Positions 59,302 to 64,000 of a DNA stretch of 64,000 nucleotides are shown here, piece after piece. This stretch comes from Ferrithrix thermotolerans DSM 19514 (GTDB taxonomy: Bacteria > Actinomycetota > Acidimicrobiia > Acidimicrobiales > CAIXPF01): positions 5,553 through 69,552 of the forward strand of contig CAMDQT010000018.1 in the NCBI GenBank assembly GCA_945906305.1, read 5' to 3'. A program made the translations under genes and the position numbers. Below the pieces are notes generated by a model. The model was not told where the DNA came from. It ran no database searches and was given only the letters and a program-made list of their open reading frames with translations. Positions within the stretch are counted from its first letter, which is position 1. Each line of letters begins with the position of its first letter.

Positions 59302-59334
59302 GGGGCGAGCCTAGAACCGGTAGGGCTCGGCGAA

Positions 59335-59505
59335 TCAGCCGCTTAGCCCGACGACGATGCACCCGACACCCAAGACCAGCAGGGCACCGATCGTCATCGG
59401 TGCCGAGGTACCCAGCCGGGCGAGGTCGCCGCGCCGCCACGCGAAGCGTGCCCCCGCGAGCAGGACAACGCCAGCGTGTAGCAACGCCACGTCACGGAGG
59501 CTCAT
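59335..59505 (-). CDS. Small hydrophobic ORF (56 aa), possibly a gene remnant
   Basis: Two hydrophobic stretches: MSLRDVALLHAGVVLL..IGALLVLGVGCIVVGL. Confidence 0.35.
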   Translation of the reverse strand: MSLRDVALLHAGVVLLAGARFAWRRGDLARLGTSAPMTIGALLVLGVGCIVVGLSG

Positions 59506-59596
59506 CGCTCGACACCGACCGGTGCCGAGGCCTCGTCGCCGACCCTTCTCAGCCGCTTCGGTCCCGTCCTCATGATCGCCCTTGCCTGCCGCGGTT

Positions 59597-60778
59597 TCAG
59601 TTGCCGATGGCGCCGCCGAGCATGATCTCCGCTTCGGCCGCGTTGGGGTCGCCGAGCGAATGTTCATGCAGCGGGGTGGCCATTTCGTGCACAGCGGGCA
59701 GCACCTCTTTGGCGAAGAGCTCCAGGCTGGCGCGGGCTTCCGGGCCGGGCTTGGAGCCGTGGGCGGGGTGCACAATGAGGTATTCGAGGCTGATGCGTTC
59801 CTGCGTGCGGCGGATCTTCTCGATGATCTCATCGGGGGTGCCAATGAGGTGGCCGTCCTCGGCTGCGGTGGCCTTGTCCTCGGCAAGCTCTGAGCCTTGA
59901 CGAAAGACCTTGGCATAGTCCTCGTAGCCGGCCACGCCCTCAAAGGAGGGTGCATTCCACACGGCGTAGTGGTTGCGGGCCGCCCAGGACTGTTCCCCGG
60001 CGAAGCGGCGGCCGCGTTCAATGGACTCACGGTCGGTGGCACAGTGCAGATACATCATCGTGGTGGGCTGGTTGGGTGCGAGGCCCATCTGCGCCCGGAT
60101 GGCGTTGAAGCGGGACACGCCCTTGGCCATCACGTCGAGCGAAACCGCGGTCACGAACAGCTGACCGAGACCGAGCTCGGCGGCCACGCGCATCGACTGG
60201 GGGGTATTGAACGCGCATTTCATGTCTTTGAACAGTGAGCCGCGATGCAGCGCCTGAGGTCGCACTGTGGTCTCGGGGAGCTGGTAGCACTCTCCGTTGT
60301 AGGAGAAGCGGTTCTCCTCGGACAGACGCAGGATCTCCAGCATCTCGGTGAAACGTTGGCGGGATTCCTCCCGCGGTACGCCGAAGGCGTCGTATTCGTG
60401 AGCGGAGATGCCCCTGCCGATGCCGAGGTGAAGCCTGCGGCCGTCGAGCATGAGGTCGAGCATGGCGATTTCGTGGGCCAGCTTCACCGGCTGCCACCAC
60501 GGCGCGACAATGACCGCGGTGCCCATGTCGACCCGCTTGGTACGTCCGGCCCAGAACGCCAGCCATTGCAGCGGGTTGCCCTGCATCGAGTACGCCGACC
60601 CGTAGTGCTCCGCGCACCAGATGGCGTCATAGCCGAGCGGTTCGACCATGTCGCCCAGCATCACCGTCTGGCGGTGGATGTCAACATCAGCGGTGGCCGG
60701 GTTATGGCCGTAGTCAGCAGCGAGCAGGCGATCCCAGTCGCGGTGGTTGTAGCTGGTCACCATGACGCCGACCTGCAC
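59597..60778 (-). CDS. LLM-class flavin-dependent oxidoreductase
   Basis: WCAEHY, LGIGRG..E and LIGTPDEI motifs. GTG after ggggag. Confidence 0.88.
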   Translation of the reverse strand: MQVGVMVTSYNHRDWDRLLAADYGHNPATADVDIHRQTVMLGDMVEPLGYDAIWCAEHYGSAYSMQGNPLQWLAFWAGRTKRVDMGTAVIVAPWWQPVKLAHEIAMLDLMLDGRRLHLGIGRGISAHEYDAFGVPREESRQRFTEMLEILRLSEENRFSYNGECYQLPETTVRPQALHRGSLFKDMKCAFNTPQSMRVAAELGLGQLFVTAVSLDVMAKGVSRFNAIRAQMGLAPNQPTTMMYLHCATDRESIERGRRFAGEQSWAARNHYAVWNAPSFEGVAGYEDYAKVFRQGSELAEDKATAAEDGHLIGTPDEIIEKIRRTQERISLEYLIVHPAHGSKPGPEARASLELFAKEVLPAVHEMATPLHEHSLGDPNAAEAEIMLGGAIGN

Positions 60779-60897
60779 GTTCGGTCTCCCCGGTCCCACG
60801 CGACGGCGCCAGTCGCTGTCGGTGCCCAGCGACGTTATCAAGTCACCGGGCACGGCGGTCCGGAGGCCTACGCCGGGTGGTGGCGCGGCTGGCGTGG

Positions 60898-61905
60898 TCA
60901 GGCGATGCGGTAGGCCCGCCGCGCCGCGCCGCGGAAGAGGTCGGCTTTCTCTGTTGCGCTGTAACCAGCGGCCGCGGCGGTCTTCTTGAAGGCGTTCCAC
61001 AGCACGACGTAGGAACAGCCGCGGCGATCCACGGGGAAGTTGGACTCGAACATGCATCGACTGGGGCCGAACGCGTCGATGGCGTGACGCATTGGTTCAC
61101 CCCATGCGGTGACGAGGTCATCGGAACTCGGCGCGGTCTCTCCCTTGTGCAAATCCAGCCCGTAGATCGACATCCCGATGCCGCCAACTTTGAGAAAGAC
61201 GTTGGGACAGGACCCGATCTGGGTCATGATCGGCCGCCACCAGGCCATGATCTCCTCGCGACGCCCGCGATAGGGACCGATGCCGAGCGGTCCACCGAGA
61301 TGATCCAACACGATGGTCGCTTCGGGGTAGGCCCGGGCGAGGTCGAGCAACTCGGGCAGCTGCGGATGATACATCCACGCGTCGAAGGACAGTCCGAGCT
61401 CCCCGGTGAGCACTTCGAAGCCCCGGCGGAAGGCGGCAGACCCCATTTCGCCCTGTTCGGGCCTCATGTGGGAGCGATTGACCTTGGGGTCGGGGTCCCA
61501 CGCCGTGGCGTGACGGATCCCGGAGAACAGGCCGTTACCTCGCTCGATCATGGCCTCGAGCACCGGCTTGACGCCGTCACCGAGGCGTAGATCGGCACAG
61601 CCGACGATGGCCGCGATGCGCGCCCCGGCGGTGGTGGCGGACCGAGCAGCCTGTTCGGCGGCGAACACCACCTCGCCGACCGGCGCCATGGCGGCGGGGC
61701 CGTCGGCGAAATAGCCCGACATGCAGTCGACGTACACGGTCTCGCTCACGTTGTGGCCGGCCCCCGTTTCCGCCTTGAGTTCCTCTACTAGGAAGCGTTC
61801 ATTGGGGTGGTCCCACAGGTGGTGGTGTGGATCGCAGATCTCCAGGGAGGGCTCGATTGCCTCTTCAGTGGTGCTGGCCAGCCATGCGGCGAATACGGGG
61901 TCCAT
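60898..61905 (-). CDS. Amidohydrolase family 2 (lactonase-like)
   Basis: DPHHHLWD, GIRH, LDHLG and FESNFP motifs. Confidence 0.9.
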   Translation of the reverse strand: MDPVFAAWLASTTEEAIEPSLEICDPHHHLWDHPNERFLVEELKAETGAGHNVSETVYVDCMSGYFADGPAAMAPVGEVVFAAEQAARSATTAGARIAAIVGCADLRLGDGVKPVLEAMIERGNGLFSGIRHATAWDPDPKVNRSHMRPEQGEMGSAAFRRGFEVLTGELGLSFDAWMYHPQLPELLDLARAYPEATIVLDHLGGPLGIGPYRGRREEIMAWWRPIMTQIGSCPNVFLKVGGIGMSIYGLDLHKGETAPSSDDLVTAWGEPMRHAIDAFGPSRCMFESNFPVDRRGCSYVVLWNAFKKTAAAAGYSATEKADLFRGAARRAYRIA

Positions 61906-61980
61906 GGCCCGGACCATAGCGCGCCCCGTGCACGCGTTCGCCGAGGTGTGCGGTTCGGCTCGGCTTTGTGGGGGGACGGT

Positions 61981-62763
61981 TCATCCGTGGGTTGACAGGC
62001 CGCCATCCACCGGGATGAGGACCCCGGTGAGCCACGCACCGGCGCGGCTTGACAGGAAGATCACCGCTCCCGCTACGTCCTCGGGCGTGCCAATGCGCTT
62101 GAGCGGTACGCGTCGGGCGATGCGTTCGCGGCTGTCGGGGTCATCGAGGAGGTAGCCCATCATCTTGGAGCGGAACGGGCCGGGGGCGACGGTGTTCACG
62201 GTGATGTGGTCGCCGACCACGTTGTGGGCGAGATGCCGGGCCAGCATGTGGATGGCCGCCTTGGAGCCCGAGTAGGAGAAGTTGTCGCCGAAGGGCACGA
62301 CTATGCCGTCGATCGAGCCGATCATGATGACCCGAGCCGGGTCCTGCGCGCTGCCCGAGGCCCGCAATTGGGGGAGGAGCGCTTGGGTCAACATGAAGGG
62401 GGCCTTGACGTTGATGTTGAGCACCTTGTCGAACCCGGCCCCGGGAAAGTCGCCCAGCGGCGCACCCCAGGCCGCTCCGGCGTTGTTGACCAATATGTCG
62501 AGGCGCTCTTCGCGTTCGGCGAAGGCGGCCGCGAAGGCGGCCAGGCCCTCGTCGCTGGCCAGATCGGCGGGGATAGCGATGCACTCCCCGAGCTTGGACA
62601 GTTCAGCCGCGGCGGGTTCGAGCTCGCTGATCTTGCGCGAGGTGATGTAGGTCTTCACCCCATTGGAGACGAGACCTTGGGCGATCATGTAACCGATGCC
62701 CCGGCTGCCGCCGGTGACGATCGCCGTCTTGCCTTCAATGCCGAACAGTTCGCTGATGTGCAT
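61981..62763 (-). CDS. SDR oxidoreductase (RhlG-like)
   Basis: TGGSRGIG, NNAG and YSGSK motifs. Confidence 0.92.
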   Translation of the reverse strand: MHISELFGIEGKTAIVTGGSRGIGYMIAQGLVSNGVKTYITSRKISELEPAAAELSKLGECIAIPADLASDEGLAAFAAAFAEREERLDILVNNAGAAWGAPLGDFPGAGFDKVLNINVKAPFMLTQALLPQLRASGSAQDPARVIMIGSIDGIVVPFGDNFSYSGSKAAIHMLARHLAHNVVGDHITVNTVAPGPFRSKMMGYLLDDPDSRERIARRVPLKRIGTPEDVAGAVIFLSSRAGAWLTGVLIPVDGGLSTHG

Positions 62764-62825
62764 GTCCACTCCCTGGCCCCGTCGAGGACGGCCCTCGCCG
62801 CGCGCACGTTACCGGGACTGCAGGC

Positions 62826-63989
62826 TTAGCGCAGCGGGGCGAAGAACGCCCGTAGGTCCTCGACGAGGGCGTCGGGCTGCTCGGCCGGCCCGAAGTGGCC
62901 GCCCCGGTCAAACACGGTCCAACGGTGCAGGTTGGTCACCTGCTCGGCCACCGATCGCGGAATGAACATCAATTCTTTGGGAAAGACCCCGAATCCGGTC
63001 GGCGCGTCGATGATTCGGGCTCGGTCGTGCGCGGTGCGTTGCGGCGTTGAGAATTGCTCCGCGTACAGCCGGATGGACGAGGCCATGGAGGAGTTGAACC
63101 AGTACAGCGAGGCCAAGGTGCACAGGTCGTCGCGGCCGAACACTTCGAGCGCGTCACCGTCGCACCACAATTGGCGCCGGTGCCACAGCCAGGCGCCGAG
63201 CCCGGCGGGGGAGTCTGCCATCGCGTACGCGAACGTCTGGGGGTCGCGCCGATGCACCGCGACGTGGGCCTCGGTGAGACGGCGGGCCTGCTCGGCGCGG
63301 GCCACCATCCATTGCTCATCGGGGGCGAATTGTTCCGGTCGGACCCCGCGCTTACCTAGTAGGCCCGGTACTACCGGCAGCGTGAGGTAGGTGCCGATGA
63401 GGTGTTCGGCATGGGCATGGCCCAGCCAGCCGGTCACGAAGGCGCCCCAGTCGCCACCTTGGGCGCCGAAGCGGTCATAACCGAGTACGTCGCGCATCAG
63501 CGTGACCCACAGACCGGCGATGGCGGCGATGTCGATCCCCGTGCGCGCCAAGGGGACGGAGAAGCCGTAGCCGGGTAGTGAAGGGATGATGACGTCGAAG
63601 CTGTTGGCGGCGTCGCCGCCGAACCGGGCCGGGTCGGCCAGCGGCTCGGCCACCTTGCGTAGGTCCCAGAAGGTCCACGGCCAGCCGTGGGTCAAGATCA
63701 GTGGCATCGGGTTGGGCCCCTTGCCTGCCAGTCGGAGGTAATGCACCGGCACACCGTCGATGTCCACCCGGAATTGCTCGAAACGGTTCATCTCCGTCTC
63801 AACCGCACGCCAGTCGTACTCCTCGGCCCAATAGCGCACGAGGTCGGTCATCCACTCGCGCGTGGCCCCATAGCGGCCATCGGGGTTGCCGACGTCGACC
63901 GGCCAGCGGGTGCGCCTCAGCCGGTGGCGTAGGTCGTCGAGGTCGCCTTGGTCGATGTCAACGGTGAAGGGCACTGGGTCACTCGCCAT
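62826..63989 (-). CDS. Epoxide hydrolase (microsomal-type alpha/beta fold)
   Basis: HGWP, GGDWG, FPKE and GGHF motifs. Confidence 0.9.
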   Translation of the reverse strand: MASDPVPFTVDIDQGDLDDLRHRLRRTRWPVDVGNPDGRYGATREWMTDLVRYWAEEYDWRAVETEMNRFEQFRVDIDGVPVHYLRLAGKGPNPMPLILTHGWPWTFWDLRKVAEPLADPARFGGDAANSFDVIIPSLPGYGFSVPLARTGIDIAAIAGLWVTLMRDVLGYDRFGAQGGDWGAFVTGWLGHAHAEHLIGTYLTLPVVPGLLGKRGVRPEQFAPDEQWMVARAEQARRLTEAHVAVHRRDPQTFAYAMADSPAGLGAWLWHRRQLWCDGDALEVFGRDDLCTLASLYWFNSSMASSIRLYAEQFSTPQRTAHDRARIIDAPTGFGVFPKELMFIPRSVAEQVTNLHRWTVFDRGGHFGPAEQPDALVEDLRAFFAPLR

Positions 63990-64000
63990 GGGCGCGAACC

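Noticed and set aside
1-64000. Canonical steroid degradation or anaerobic toluene (bss/bbs) cluster
   Set aside because: No KstD, KshAB, HsaD, ChsH or glycyl-radical BssA is seen. Only generic family resemblance exists.
1-64000. CRISPR arrays, tRNA/rRNA, IS elements, integrases, defence genes, NRPS/PKS
   Set aside because: No repeat-spacer periodicity or such ORFs were seen. Intergenic gaps are all short (about 200 bp or less).

Overview
High-GC bacterial window, most likely actinobacterial (a mycothiol-dependent MDMPI-family gene, F420-type LLM oxidoreductases, many leaderless promoters; Acidimicrobiia-like by inference only). About 57 tightly packed genes are almost all catabolic or redox enzymes: 7 family III CoA-transferases (3 of them internally duplicated), 3 acyl-CoA dehydrogenases, 4 crotonase-fold proteins, 1 true thiolase, 2 thiolase-fold + DUF35 pairs, 5 SDRs, 4 LLMs, 2 Zn-ADHs, a single-chain biotin carboxylase, a BVMO, HpaB plus an extradiol dioxygenase, TauD, a tandem cupin, an amidase with a small partner, 2 amidohydrolases, an epoxide hydrolase and 3 MFS transporters. 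I found no transcription regulator, acyl-CoA ligase, RNA gene, mobile element or CRISPR array. The clearest non-obvious signal is that 22 start codons sit 6-7 nt after a TANNNT hexamer (leaderless architecture). Two of these open unannotated 8-9 aa mini-ORFs whose stops overlap the start of the next gene. Starts were refined by eye and all functions come from motif recognition, not database searches.
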